DNA of 64,000 nucleotides, from the NCBI GenBank assembly GCA_051532035.1, contig JAOPTW010000056.1, positions 1 through 64,000 of the forward strand, given 5' to 3'. The notes below the pieces were generated by a model, which saw only the letters and a program-made list of their open reading frames with translations, had not been told where the DNA came from and ran no database searches. Both the position numbers and the translations under genes were made by a program. Origin of the DNA: Fibrobacterales bacterium. Its GTDB lineage: Bacteria > Fibrobacterota > Fibrobacteria > Fibrobacterales > JAOPTW01. Below, piece by piece: positions 38,260 to 48,592 of this stretch; the stretch's first letter is position 1, and each line of letters starts with the position of its first letter.

Positions 38260-38928
38260 TTACTGTGGGATCACAAGCTCTTGACCTGGAAAGATAAGGT
38301 CAGGATCTTTGATTTGATCTTTATTTGCCGAGTAAATCTGTGGCCACTTAAAGGCATCGCCATAAATTTCGTCGTTCTCTGCAATTCTCCAGAGACAGTC
38401 ACGACGCTCAGGAATGAGTCGAACAGTGTAGGTGTTACCACGCATTGCTGCACGAGCTTCTTTAGATGCGAGAAGTGCATCTTCGAGTCCGGTGATTTTA
38501 CCATCAAGACGAGGGAAGATAGCAATTTTGTTTGCTTTAATTGATTCAACCTCTTTGTCCGCTATATCGAGTTGTTTACTCCACTCTGCAAGCATTTCAG
38601 AGTACTCAGATTCAAAACTCTGAATTTGCATAGTGAGATCATCGATTTTTTGAGCAAATGTGTCAAATTCTTCTTGGGTAATACCAACAAAATCGAGCAT
38701 CTCTTGCCAGAGTGATTCAATTTGACTTTTACTATTGGTGAGCTGGCCTTGAAGGTCGGCGATATCTTTCTCAAGTTGGTCGATCTGTTGTTTGGCAGTC
38801 CCTTCTCTATCTTGCTCTTTTTTGAGCTCAACAAGGTACTGGTCATACGTCATCTCTTCTTGTGCAAAACTATTTGTAGCAGCAATAAGAAGAATAGCAG
38901 TGAGTATACTTTTAAATAATGTCATCAC
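38260..38928 (-). CDS. Exported coiled-coil protein with C-terminal LysM domain
   Basis: Signal peptide; heptad region; YTV...DCLWRIA...YG...WPQIYSANKDQIKDPDLIFPGQELVIP. Confidence 0.9.
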   Translation of the reverse strand: MMTLFKSILTAILLIAATNSFAQEEMTYDQYLVELKKEQDREGTAKQQIDQLEKDIADLQGQLTNSKSQIESLWQEMLDFVGITQEEFDTFAQKIDDLTMQIQSFESEYSEMLAEWSKQLDIADKEVESIKANKIAIFPRLDGKITGLEDALLASKEARAAMRGNTYTVRLIPERRDCLWRIAENDEIYGDAFKWPQIYSANKDQIKDPDLIFPGQELVIPQ

Positions 38929-38933
38929 GTCTC

Positions 38934-39188
38934 CTATTTTCTGTTTTTGAGTTCTGCAAACTCTTGTTCATGTTGTGCAAGAAGTGCCTGTACATCAGCT
39001 AACTCTTGTTGTAGTGTTGCTTTTTGGCGCTCAAGCTCAACTACTTTTTGTTCTGCTGCATCTGCTGCAGATTTTTGTTGTTCAAGCTTATCAAGGTCTT
39101 CTGGAGAAGGCATTTTTGTACACCCAACTGCAACGAGGATTAATCCTACTGTAGCAGCTTTAAAGGTGTTAGAGAGTAATGTTTTCAT
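38934..39188 (-). CDS. Small coiled-coil lipoprotein
   Basis: VAVGC lipobox; Ala/Gln/Glu heptads; ends KNRK. Confidence 0.75.
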   Translation of the reverse strand: MKTLLSNTFKAATVGLILVAVGCTKMPSPEDLDKLEQQKSAADAAEQKVVELERQKATLQQELADVQALLAQHEQEFAELKNRK

Positions 39189-39241
39189 TGAATGATACTC
39201 CGATATGGTTCGGGTTACACTTATTATACCTTTAATATAAG

Positions 39242-39277
39242 AAAAAACGCCCCATTTCAAATAAATGGGGCGTTTTT
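39242..39277 (-). terminator. Intrinsic terminator of glgB
   Basis: AAAAAACGCCCCATTT-CAAAT-AAATGGGGCGTTTTT. Confidence 0.85.
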
Positions 39278-39320
39278 ATCTCTAAAAGTTAAAAATAACA
39301 GTCAAATTACTCGGTAAATC

Positions 39321-41588
39321 CTATGGATGATACCTATAGTAGGTTGCAGATAAGGGAGGGAGGCATACATCAATACTCTGTCCAAAATGGCCTTTTCCTT
39401 CTGGAATACTTTGCTTTCCACCATCATTACCCATATTACTTCCGCCAAACATATCTGAATCAGAGTTGAAAATCTCTTCATAGTATCCTGGTTTTGGTAC
39501 GCCAAATAGATAGGAATCTCTTGGAACAGGGGTAAAATTAAATATTGCAATGATCATATCATTTTGATCTCGACCCTTACGAGCAAATGCAACAATAGAA
39601 TCGGCAGCATTATCACACTCGAGCCATTCAAAACCTTCATAAGAATCTTCAACTTCCCACAGACAGTTTGAGCTGGTATATATGCCATTCAAATTTTTAA
39701 TAACTGATTGCATTTGAGAATGTTTGCCATCATCAATAATATGCCAATCGAGTCCTTGATCGGCATTCCACTCGTGATATTGCCCAAATTCAGAGCCCAT
39801 AAAGAGGAGTTTTTTACCGGGATGTGCAAACATAAAGCCATAGGTAAGACGGAGGTTTGCAAATTTTTGCCAATCATCACCAGGCATTTTATTAATCATT
39901 GAACCTTTGCCATGTACTACTTCGTCATGAGACAATACAAGCCAAAAGTTTTCGGTAAATGCATAGAGCATTGCAAACGTGAGTTCGTTTTGATGAAACT
40001 GTCTATGGATGGGCTCTTTCTCAATATAGTAGAGGAAATCATTCATCCAACCCATATTCCATTTGTAATGATAGCCTAAACCGTCATGCTCAGGGGGTTT
40101 GGTAATACTTGGATATGACGTTGACTCTTCTGCAACCATAAGTGCATGAGGAGCCTCTTGACGTATAATGCTGTTGAGGTGTTTAGTAAAGTCAAGGGCC
40201 TCGATATTGATATTATCACCATATTTATTGGGAACCCATTGACCATGTTCACGACCATAATCAAGGTACAACATTGAAGCAACCGCGTCAACACGAAGAC
40301 CATCTATATGGAACTCTTTGAGCCAGTAGAGCGCATTGGCAATAAGAAAGTTTGAAACTTCAGTACGGCCATAATTAAAAATATACGTTCCCCAGTCTGG
40401 GTGTTCACCCTGACGAGCGTCAGCATGTTCATAGAGGGCAGAACCGTCAAATTTGCCAAGTGCGTGGGCATCTTTTGGAAAGTGAGCAGGTACCCAATCA
40501 AGAATAATACCAATGTTGTTGGCGTGGCACGCATCAATAAATCTTTTGAGCTCTTCTGGGCTGCCATAGCGGGCTGTCGGTGAGTAATAACCGGTTACTT
40601 GATATCCCCATGATTGATCGAGCGGATGCTCAGCAAGAGGCATCAGTTCAATATGAGTAAACCCATGGTCGCGCACGTAGGGAATGAGCTCATTTATAAA
40701 ATCTTCATATTGATAGAAGTCACCATTCTCTTTCTGTCTCCATGAAGCGAGGTGCACTTCATAGATACTCATAGGTTGATTAACAAAATCTGATTGTGTA
40801 TGACGTGCAACCCAATCCTCGTCATTCCATTGGTAGGTACTTGGAGCAACAACAACAGAAGCTTGATTGGGTCTCATTTCACTAAATTTTGCGTATGGGT
40901 CAATTTTAACCATCATTTCGCCAAAACAGCTCCGTATCTCGTACTTGTAAAGTTCCCCAGCAGAGAGTTCAGGAATAAAGAGCTCCCAAATGCCACTGTT
41001 TCTCATACGCATTGGATTTCTACGGCCATCCCAGCTATTGTAATTACCCACAACTGATACTGATTGAGCGTTCGGTGCCCATACTGCAAAGAGAATCCCC
41101 GTTACACCTTGGTGGGTTACTTGGTTCGCTCCAAGAATATTATAAAGCTCATAGTGAGTTCCCTGACTAAAGAGATGCATATCAAATTCACTGATGAGTG
41201 GTGCATAACAGTAAGGGTCTTTTTGTCTGTAGCTGTCTGAGTCGGTCATGAAAATCTCTAACTCATAAGTGTAGAAATATTCATTGTAGGGGAGAGTTGC
41301 TTCGAAGAAACCTGAATCACCTAATTTGATAAAGTCAAAACTGGTATTGCTTTCAGTATTATGACCAATAACAAAATAGGCTGTAGGGTGCATTACCCGA
41401 ATAACATTAAATTTCCCTTCAGAGGTTTCTTTGACATGTTGACCTAAAATCGAGAAGGGGTCATGAATGTTTTTATTGTGAAATACATCAATCTCTTCTT
41501 GAGTGAGTGTGGTGTAGTCGTGCCATTTAGGCTTAAGAGGTGATACCCCTGGTATTAGTTCTGTAGATTCTGTCACAGTCGACTCCAT
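39321..41588 (-). CDS. glgB: 1,4-alpha-glucan branching enzyme (GH13)
   Basis: FAVWAPNA; YEVHLASW; SWGYQ; DGLRVDAVASMLY; AEEST; LSHDEVVHGK. Confidence 0.97.
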   Translation of the reverse strand: MESTVTESTELIPGVSPLKPKWHDYTTLTQEEIDVFHNKNIHDPFSILGQHVKETSEGKFNVIRVMHPTAYFVIGHNTESNTSFDFIKLGDSGFFEATLPYNEYFYTYELEIFMTDSDSYRQKDPYCYAPLISEFDMHLFSQGTHYELYNILGANQVTHQGVTGILFAVWAPNAQSVSVVGNYNSWDGRRNPMRMRNSGIWELFIPELSAGELYKYEIRSCFGEMMVKIDPYAKFSEMRPNQASVVVAPSTYQWNDEDWVARHTQSDFVNQPMSIYEVHLASWRQKENGDFYQYEDFINELIPYVRDHGFTHIELMPLAEHPLDQSWGYQVTGYYSPTARYGSPEELKRFIDACHANNIGIILDWVPAHFPKDAHALGKFDGSALYEHADARQGEHPDWGTYIFNYGRTEVSNFLIANALYWLKEFHIDGLRVDAVASMLYLDYGREHGQWVPNKYGDNINIEALDFTKHLNSIIRQEAPHALMVAEESTSYPSITKPPEHDGLGYHYKWNMGWMNDFLYYIEKEPIHRQFHQNELTFAMLYAFTENFWLVLSHDEVVHGKGSMINKMPGDDWQKFANLRLTYGFMFAHPGKKLLFMGSEFGQYHEWNADQGLDWHIIDDGKHSQMQSVIKNLNGIYTSSNCLWEVEDSYEGFEWLECDNAADSIVAFARKGRDQNDMIIAIFNFTPVPRDSYLFGVPKPGYYEEIFNSDSDMFGGSNMGNDGGKQSIPEGKGHFGQSIDVCLPPLSATYYRYHP

Positions 41589-41708
41589 TATAGTACTCAG
41601 ATAAAATTATAAAATCAAAATAATAAACTTTTTAGGGATTTTGGCTGGAATTTAACGGGTTTGTAAAATTAAAAGATACAGAAGAGGAAGAATTTTGATG
41701 GGTAAAAG

Positions 41709-42128
41709 TTATTCACCCTGAAGGGTAATGACTAGAGCTCTGCTCCCGCCGTGATCGCGGTGCTCCCCTAGGTAAATCCCCTGCCATGTGCCGAGATTGA
41801 ACTGTCCATTAGTGATAGGGATAGTAATACTTGCCCCCAGTGTACTCGATTTAAGGTGGGCGGGCATGTCATCGTCACCTTCATAGTCGTGTTGATAATA
41901 GGGCTGACGTTCAGGTATTGATCGATTAAAATGCAATTCAAAGTCAATTCGCACGGTAGGATCTGCATTTTCATTTATAGTGAGGGATGCAGAGGTGTGT
42001 TTAATAAGTATATGAGCCAGGCCAATAGCAATATCAGTGAGTTCGGGGATAGCAGCTAACACATCATGAGTAATGAGGTGAAAACCGCGTGAGCGTTGAT
42101 TGAGTTGAATCTCTTTTTGAACCCACAT
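41709..42128 (-). CDS. yjbQ: YjbQ/UPF0047 secondary thiamine-phosphate synthase family
   Basis: HTSASLTINENADP; EGDDDMPAH; LGTWQGIYLGEHR. Confidence 0.93.
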   Translation of the reverse strand: MWVQKEIQLNQRSRGFHLITHDVLAAIPELTDIAIGLAHILIKHTSASLTINENADPTVRIDFELHFNRSIPERQPYYQHDYEGDDDMPAHLKSSTLGASITIPITNGQFNLGTWQGIYLGEHRDHGGSRALVITLQGE

Positions 42129-42132
42129 AGTA

Positions 42133-42396
42133 TTAAATGTTTTGAAGAATATCTTCGATTATTTGATTCAGATCCGTCTGATATTGATCGGCAAACCAGC
42201 GTACAGCTTGTGGTTTTTCTGCATGGGGTGTTTTTGAAAATTGAGTAAACTCGTGGGCATTCATACGTGCAGTGGCATAACGCATGGCTGCGCCAACATC
42301 ATGGACTTTTTGTCCATTCTGTTCAACAAGCATGTTACCGAGTTCGATAAATTGATTTGCCATATCATGAAGAGTCAATGATTTTGAGTTACTCAT
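42133..42396 (-). CDS. DUF3144-like small protein
   Basis: ANQFIELGN; VGAAMRYATARMNA; WFADQY. Confidence 0.7.
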   Translation of the reverse strand: MSNSKSLTLHDMANQFIELGNMLVEQNGQKVHDVGAAMRYATARMNAHEFTQFSKTPHAEKPQAVRWFADQYQTDLNQIIEDILQNI

Positions 42397-42404
42397 AAGT
42401 GCCT

Positions 42405-43019
42405 TTATAGGTTGATGCAGATACTGAGGTATGCGCTCACTGAATAGACTGTTGCATGAATATTCGTGATTTTTATTTCCTCAGTGGCTTTGGTTTGATA
42501 TTCAAAACGTTTGGCGCTCATATCAATACCAGTAGAGACTATGTCAAGCCATTTGGCTTCAAGTGAGAGGGAAGCAAAAAGGTTACCCCAGCCTCTATCG
42601 ATAACATCGCCATAGTTAAGGAGATGATTGTAGCCAACTTTTGCTCTAAGGATCGGCTTAACAAATGCTCGTTTTCGGCTCTCTCCATTGAGTGAGACAT
42701 AGATAGGGATAAAGAGAGCATCCATGTTTATTGAGGGATCGAGGGTGAAAGGCGCTGATATCTGAAGCCCTGCCCCAAAATAGACAAATTGATTTACCGT
42801 AAATCGGTCGAGTGAATAAAAGACATAATGAATGTCAGTAAGATACGAAGGCTCTAATTGAGACTCAATTGATTGAGAAATGTTACCTGCCTGGTCTTCT
42901 TCGGCATTAAATGGTGAATAGAAACTGTAGCCACCCGAGACAATTATCTGGTCAGCAAAGAGCTCTAGCGGTAAGAGTATTAGGGTAATTGCAATTACCC
43001 AGTAAATAGTACGGATCAT
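42405..43019 (-). CDS. Exported protein, probable small outer-membrane beta-barrel
   Basis: Signal peptide; FIPIY motif; alternating strands. Confidence 0.55.
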   Translation of the reverse strand: MIRTIYWVIAITLILLPLELFADQIIVSGGYSFYSPFNAEEDQAGNISQSIESQLEPSYLTDIHYVFYSLDRFTVNQFVYFGAGLQISAPFTLDPSINMDALFIPIYVSLNGESRKRAFVKPILRAKVGYNHLLNYGDVIDRGWGNLFASLSLEAKWLDIVSTGIDMSAKRFEYQTKATEEIKITNIHATVYSVSAYLSICINL

Positions 43020-43250
43020 AGTTAAGAGACTGTGTTAAAAAGTTGTTCAAATTATACATATTTGGTTGTTTATTATAAAGAGTGCTGTTCTATGTAAGGG
43101 ATTATTTACCTAAGCACTCGGTTTTCTCACAAAAGAACACAGAGATCTCTGTCTTTGAAGTATTTTATTCATATCCAGATAAGTGATAAGTACAGTACTG
43201 TAATCTGGATTGCTTAACCCAAAAGTATTACGTATAGGGGTGTATATAGG

Positions 43251-46200
43251 GTGAATATCTACTGGTTGAGAGTAGTTGTAGTGTTGTTATTATGCACTAG
43301 TTCTGTGCAGGCTGATAAGTTTGCGGTTAAAACCTTTGCATGTAAAAATGGCGTAATGGCTCAGAGTGTGACAGGAGGGACTGTTTCCCCGGTACTCGAT
43401 TCGGTAGATAGAGACTCATGGCTTCAATTGGAGGCGTTTCCTGATACTAGTGCCGGTTTTGTCTTTTCACATTGGCAAGCATTCGTTCCTCGGCATGCAT
43501 CAATCACCAACTCTTTTACTAAGGTAACAGAAGTTACTGCACCATCTGCTCCAAGTATATCAATTTGTGCTCAATTTTATAATACCTATTCTCTTACTAT
43601 CACAGCTTCTCCAGGTGGGCAGGTAAGTGATTCGTTGTTACATAATATAAAACATGGTACCGGAACAGCTATTTCGGCTCGAGCGGATCGTCGCTATAGG
43701 TTTTCCCATTGGATAATTACGAGGGGTGGACCTGATGTTACATTATTAGATACCTTTACTACAGCGACTTCTGTTTTTGTTGAGGCTGATGCTGAGATTA
43801 ATGCACATTTCATGCCCCTGGTAAAACTTACGATTTTAGATAGTGCTGGAGAATTCATTGACTCACTCTTTGTCCCTCAAAATGTACCGACTCATATTAC
43901 TCCCCCCTTTAAGCGAAATGACTTTAAAAATATTGCATGGACAACACAGTCGAGTACTATTGTCATTGATGGGGAACATTCATTTACTCCTTTAGTAACC
44001 GTTCAAAATGACGGTGTGGTTAGGGTCGATTATAAGCTCAAAGAGATATATCCTATAACAGAACAACTGATAGCCTATTTGTGGAATACCCATGGAGTAG
44101 TAGAGGATAGCACACACCCAGAGATGATGGCTCTCTCTATTGATGGAATAGGAAAACCACTAAGAATTAAAGCAAAGGGAGTAGCGGGGGATTCCTTAAC
44201 ACTTGTTTATTATAAAAATAATAGATTATTTAATCACCCTTTTCAGGCTAGCGCAATAGGAGACTCGGTAGTAATTGAGATACCAACGGTTCAAATCGGT
44301 GAACGAGTATATGCCGGGTTATATAGACCTCAGAAACAGTCTACTGGCGATTCAGTCATAGTTCAATATGATGTTGGCCACTCTGTAGTGATAAGTTCAG
44401 AGCAGGGAACAGTGTCACCAAGTAACACTATTACACTCTTTGATGGTGAGACGAAATCAATACATGCAATTCCTTTTTACGGGTATCTTTTTAACAAATG
44501 GGTAATAGACTCAACAACTACTCAAGTGAGTGGTTCAGTAATCAATGATTCAATTGAAATTTCGGTACTATCAGATGCACAAATACATACTGTGTATCAG
44601 GTTGATTCTGCAGTACAGCCACAGATAGACATAGAGAACATTAATAGCTATCACTTTCCAGAAATATGTTTTGATTTTTCTCTCACTGATTCAGTATCAG
44701 GTCAGGTTATACCAAAAGTTGATAGGGATAGACTACTCCTTTGGCAAGAGCATGGGGATAGTAGTCAGATAGAGACAAGTCATGGCCGTATTGAAAATTT
44801 TACTGTCACACAAACAAGAGAAAAACGTACCGTTTTATTTGCCATAGATGAGAGCTACTCTATGGACCAATATATGTCACCACTCCAAGATGAGCTTCAC
44901 TCCTATATTCTCCATATGGATAGTTTTAGTCAGGTGGGTATTCTTGGATTTGATGGTGAAATACGAGAGTATACCTCTATAACATCCGATACAGCACAGC
45001 TTAATAAAGCTGTGGCGCGTTTGCGTACTATCATTCACACCTCAACCAACACTATTGATGCTGTCTATAGAGCGATAGAATCTATTAAACATCATGTTGG
45101 TGAAAAAGCTATTTATCTTGTTGCCGATGGAAGTGTCGGTGATAATTTTCATACGGTTAGTGATGTAACAGATTTGGCATTGCAGTATGATATTGCAATC
45201 TATAGTTTTTGGATAGAAGATTCAACGACAACTATTTGGGAGAGAGCGGCACTTCTCACCGGTGGCTCAGTAATAAAAAATATACCGAGAGATTCACTTG
45301 TAGAGCAATTGAGTTTTGTAGAAAGCAGTTTATACGATGATTATCGACTCTGTTATTCTTCTCCGGATACTATTGCTAATGGAGATCGTTATCGCGTTTC
45401 ACTCGAAACAGCACTTTCGGTGAGTGGCCAAGAAGGTAAAGATACTACTGAGTGGATCGAAAATGATAAAACCCTCAAAATTACTCTTACCCCAGCAACC
45501 GATTCGCTGCTCACTGTTTCTGTACCCATATGGCAGGAACTTCCTATTGGTGTATTGATATCGAGTAGTGAACCTATTGTTGCAGCGCAACTTTTTTATA
45601 GAACAACAGGATCATTTTTTTATGATGTCGTTGATTTAGAACATCAATTAGGTGACCATTATTTGGGAACTATTCCGCATTACATTGCTCTGAAGCCTGG
45701 TGTTGAATTTTATATAGCAGTCACCTCTGCTGATAACCAAAATATGTATGCTCCCTATACAAAACTTGGGTATCCTGTACAAAATCATCCATACTACATT
45801 GCAATCGAAAATAGTGCACCAGAAGTGGTGCCCACCGCTAATACCTGTTATATACGGGGGGCAAAAGAATTTATTACAACGGGTATGGTTTTAGATCCAG
45901 AGGGGGTAACTGCTTTGGAAATCAGGTATCAGTTTGAACACTCTCCGCTATTGTTTAATGACGTTGTTACAGTGTACAGTGATGGGGGTTTTAACTACGC
46001 TATCCCTCTACAGGATTCACTTCCTGTAGAGTATCAATTTACAAGTAGGGATGGGTATGGTGCACAGGGGCATTTTCCATTTAATGGCTTTATCAGAAAG
46101 GAACTTTGTCTTACTCTTCCAACACCAATAGCTACACTGATAAACCCAGAGCCAGGAAGTACACAGCATTTTAAGAATAGTGCACAGATTCTTTTTACAC

Positions 46201-47909
46201 TCAATGGGTATTCAGTAGCTGATTCTATAGAGATACACTATAGAATTAATGGAGCTGATAATCTTTTTACTTCAACCTCAATTGTTTCACCCGGAGATAT
46301 CATCCAGATCCATGCTTCGGATACGCTTTATTTCTACAGCATGTCTCGCTCAAAACATTTTTCATCAAGTAATATAGACTCTTTGTCTGTAGTTAAGATA
46401 CCGCAACTTACTCAGCCTACTATTGCAACAACTGCAATCTTTCAGAATGATACTATTCTATACAAAGAGTTTGCCTCTTTGCTCGTACAGTCTATTGATA
46501 GTACAGTGGACTCTGTAACTGTTTTTGCAGAATTACTCGATAGCACTCATCAATGGTCAAATATCCCTTTTGATACATTGGAGCTGAACAGATGGTTTAA
46601 TAGTACCTCTACAGGCATGGCACGGTTTTATACAAAGGCACCATTTGCTCTTCCAAGTGATACCATTAATCTGATGCTTTTTCAAATTCCAGATAGTATT
46701 ATTGAACCTGTAGATATACCGGTTCAAAATGAGAGTTCCCAAAATGAGAGTTCTCAAGATGAGCTACAAACGAGTTCATTTGAAATACATGAAAGCTCAG
46801 AGAATGAGGTAGACCTTGGTATTATTTCGTGGATTGTGGATAGAGATGGTGATGGTGTTGGTGAAACAGTGTATATCAGATCACGATATGGAATATCTCT
46901 CACTTCAGCAGTAAAGCCAATGATCCTTTTTTATCCCGAGAGTGATAGTGCTCGTATTGTGACTCCTTATACTATGGAAAAAGGGGGAGATGAAATCCGG
47001 TTAATACTGAGTACAGGCCAGAGTGCACTCGTTTCTGAGAGTGTTATGCAGCAGAGCCGGCTCTATCTGCAGGTTCCTCAAGAATGGAGCCAATTAGCGG
47101 CGCCACACTCTATCGTAATAGGGGATAGTGTCGCTCCGATTATCACAGGATTAGAAAGAGTTCCAGGGCAAGAGGGCCAGGGTGAAATTGATATACGTAA
47201 ACGTCAGGACCATTTTATATTCACCTTTTCAAAACCTATGGATATGCTCACTATAGACACCGAAATTTTTAATGAGTCATTTTATTTTAATGAAACCTGT
47301 AATTCACAACTGAATAGAGAGGATCGTAAGGCTGTAACGTATAGGAATATTATTCCAATAGACAGTAGCTATAGTCAATTTTATGTGCGATTTGATGACA
47401 AGGAAGAACCCCTTGTTGGAGGCTGTGTAGGAATTGATGGAACTCAGGCAATTCGGGACGTTTCGGGTAATGGTATTCCAAAGCAATTAATGAACGTAAC
47501 GGGAATACAGCGTACCGGAGTGCTCGATATGGGGATATTCCCCGCTGTTCTTTCGTTGTCTGAGACATTTGATCAGCCAAGTGGATTATTTGAAGGTTTA
47601 CCTATAGATTCACTTGAGGCTGGTCGATTTGGCCTCACTCTTGCCTGTGACTCAAGCTTCAGCTCAGAGGTATTTATATATACGGTACAGGGGACCTTTG
47701 TCCATCATATGAGCTATCGTTACTCTAGAAATTTAATGAATTTCAATGACGTGAGGGGAGAATATGGTACGATGCACTATCTTTTTTGGGATGTGCGCGG
47801 GCAAGACGAGAGAAAGGTTGGAACGGGGGTTTATCTGTGGCGAGTCATAATTCGATACGAGAACGGCACAAGAGAGCGTTATATGCTGAAGTCTGGATTG
47901 ATACGTTAG
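43251..47909 (+). CDS. Large secreted VWA-domain surface protein with InlB B-repeat-like domains and C-terminal sorting domain
   Basis: Signal peptide; three x-F-x-x-W repeat domains; MIDAS DESYSM...T...ADG; DRDGDG; C-terminal WD..GQDERKVGTGVY...KSGLIR. Confidence 0.8.
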   Translation: MNIYWLRVVVVLLLCTSSVQADKFAVKTFACKNGVMAQSVTGGTVSPVLDSVDRDSWLQLEAFPDTSAGFVFSHWQAFVPRHASITNSFTKVTEVTAPSAPSISICAQFYNTYSLTITASPGGQVSDSLLHNIKHGTGTAISARADRRYRFSHWIITRGGPDVTLLDTFTTATSVFVEADAEINAHFMPLVKLTILDSAGEFIDSLFVPQNVPTHITPPFKRNDFKNIAWTTQSSTIVIDGEHSFTPLVTVQNDGVVRVDYKLKEIYPITEQLIAYLWNTHGVVEDSTHPEMMALSIDGIGKPLRIKAKGVAGDSLTLVYYKNNRLFNHPFQASAIGDSVVIEIPTVQIGERVYAGLYRPQKQSTGDSVIVQYDVGHSVVISSEQGTVSPSNTITLFDGETKSIHAIPFYGYLFNKWVIDSTTTQVSGSVINDSIEISVLSDAQIHTVYQVDSAVQPQIDIENINSYHFPEICFDFSLTDSVSGQVIPKVDRDRLLLWQEHGDSSQIETSHGRIENFTVTQTREKRTVLFAIDESYSMDQYMSPLQDELHSYILHMDSFSQVGILGFDGEIREYTSITSDTAQLNKAVARLRTIIHTSTNTIDAVYRAIESIKHHVGEKAIYLVADGSVGDNFHTVSDVTDLALQYDIAIYSFWIEDSTTTIWERAALLTGGSVIKNIPRDSLVEQLSFVESSLYDDYRLCYSSPDTIANGDRYRVSLETALSVSGQEGKDTTEWIENDKTLKITLTPATDSLLTVSVPIWQELPIGVLISSSEPIVAAQLFYRTTGSFFYDVVDLEHQLGDHYLGTIPHYIALKPGVEFYIAVTSADNQNMYAPYTKLGYPVQNHPYYIAIENSAPEVVPTANTCYIRGAKEFITTGMVLDPEGVTALEIRYQFEHSPLLFNDVVTVYSDGGFNYAIPLQDSLPVEYQFTSRDGYGAQGHFPFNGFIRKELCLTLPTPIATLINPEPGSTQHFKNSAQILFTLNGYSVADSIEIHYRINGADNLFTSTSIVSPGDIIQIHASDTLYFYSMSRSKHFSSSNIDSLSVVKIPQLTQPTIATTAIFQNDTILYKEFASLLVQSIDSTVDSVTVFAELLDSTHQWSNIPFDTLELNRWFNSTSTGMARFYTKAPFALPSDTINLMLFQIPDSIIEPVDIPVQNESSQNESSQDELQTSSFEIHESSENEVDLGIISWIVDRDGDGVGETVYIRSRYGISLTSAVKPMILFYPESDSARIVTPYTMEKGGDEIRLILSTGQSALVSESVMQQSRLYLQVPQEWSQLAAPHSIVIGDSVAPIITGLERVPGQEGQGEIDIRKRQDHFIFTFSKPMDMLTIDTEIFNESFYFNETCNSQLNREDRKAVTYRNIIPIDSSYSQFYVRFDDKEEPLVGGCVGIDGTQAIRDVSGNGIPKQLMNVTGIQRTGVLDMGIFPAVLSLSETFDQPSGLFEGLPIDSLEAGRFGLTLACDSSFSSEVFIYTVQGTFVHHMSYRYSRNLMNFNDVRGEYGTMHYLFWDVRGQDERKVGTGVYLWRVIIRYENGTRERYMLKSGLIR

Positions 47910-47929
47910 TAGATGATACCTTTGGATAT

Positions 47930-47963
47930 AAAAAAACGTCTTTTGAAGATTCAAAAGACGTTT
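47930..47963. terminator. Terminator after tRNA-Asp, convergent with the VWA gene
   Basis: AAACGTCTTTTGAA-GA-TTCAAAAGACGTTT. Confidence 0.85.
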
Positions 47964-47966
47964 AAG

Positions 47967-48040
47967 CGGAATGGACGAGACTTGAACTCGCAACCCCCTG
48001 CGTGACAGGCAGGTACTCTAACCAATTGAGCCACCACTCC
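47967..48040 (-). tRNA. tRNA-Asp(GTC), copy 2; CCA not encoded
   Basis: GGAGTGG acceptor; anticodon arm CCTGC-CTGTCAC-GCAGG; GTTCAA T-loop. Confidence 0.97.
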
Positions 48041-48050
48041 GGTTCTGGGC

Positions 48051-48081
48051 AATATATAGTTTCCTAGAAAGTTGATGTCAA
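48051..48081 (-). promoter_or_regulatory. Sigma70-type promoter of the second tRNA-Asp
   Basis: TTGACA (48081-48076), then TATATATTG about 10 nt before the tRNA. Confidence 0.7.
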
Positions 48082-48400
48082 GGAACTTTTTAGGAAACTA
48101 TTGTTTTAGTTCGAAATCTATAAGCATGACTGAAGCTGCTTATAGAAAATAAGAACGTTCAGAATTCAGAATGTAAAAATCCTTCAGCTGAGGCTTTCCT
48201 AATCAACAACCTGCAGAAGGCCCCCTTTGTGTATTGAGGCAAGCAAAACTTATAACTGTGAGCATTCTCAGAGAATAATGTTTGATAAGGATTAAAAGAA
48301 ACGGTACACTGCATTTATAGTGAAAATAGAATAGCTCTGTTTGAAGAGGAAATAACAACAGAAGTTACTTGTGAATAAAAATTAAGAAAGGGGAGAACAT

Positions 48401-48435
48401 AAAAAAAGACCTCTTAGTTTCCTAAGAGGTCTTTT
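48401..48435 (-). terminator. Terminator of the DUF3098-tRNA-Val-tRNA-Asp transcript
   Basis: AAAAGACCTCTTAG-TTTC-CTAAGAGGTCTTTT. Confidence 0.88.
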
Positions 48436-48438
48436 AAG

Positions 48439-48512
48439 CGGAATGGACGAGACTTGAACTCGCAACCCCCTGCGTGACAGGCAGGTACTCTAACCAATTG
48501 AGCCACCACTCC
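48439..48512 (-). tRNA. tRNA-Asp(GTC), copy 1
   Basis: Identical to 47967-48040. Confidence 0.97.
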
Positions 48513-48517
48513 TAAAA

Positions 48518-48592
48518 TGGGCGACACAAGATTTGAACTTGTGACCCTCTGCTTGTAAGGCAGATGCTCTAGACCAGCTGAGCTAGTCGCCC
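48518..48592 (-). tRNA. tRNA-Val(TAC)
   Basis: GGGCGAC...GTCGCCCA acceptor; anticodon arm TCTGC-CTTACAA-GCAGA; GTTCAA T-loop. Confidence 0.97.

Noticed and set aside
47967..48512. Intact prophage or island bounded by tRNA-Asp att repeats
   Set aside because: Only about 400 bp between two full-length copies, with no integrase or cargo.
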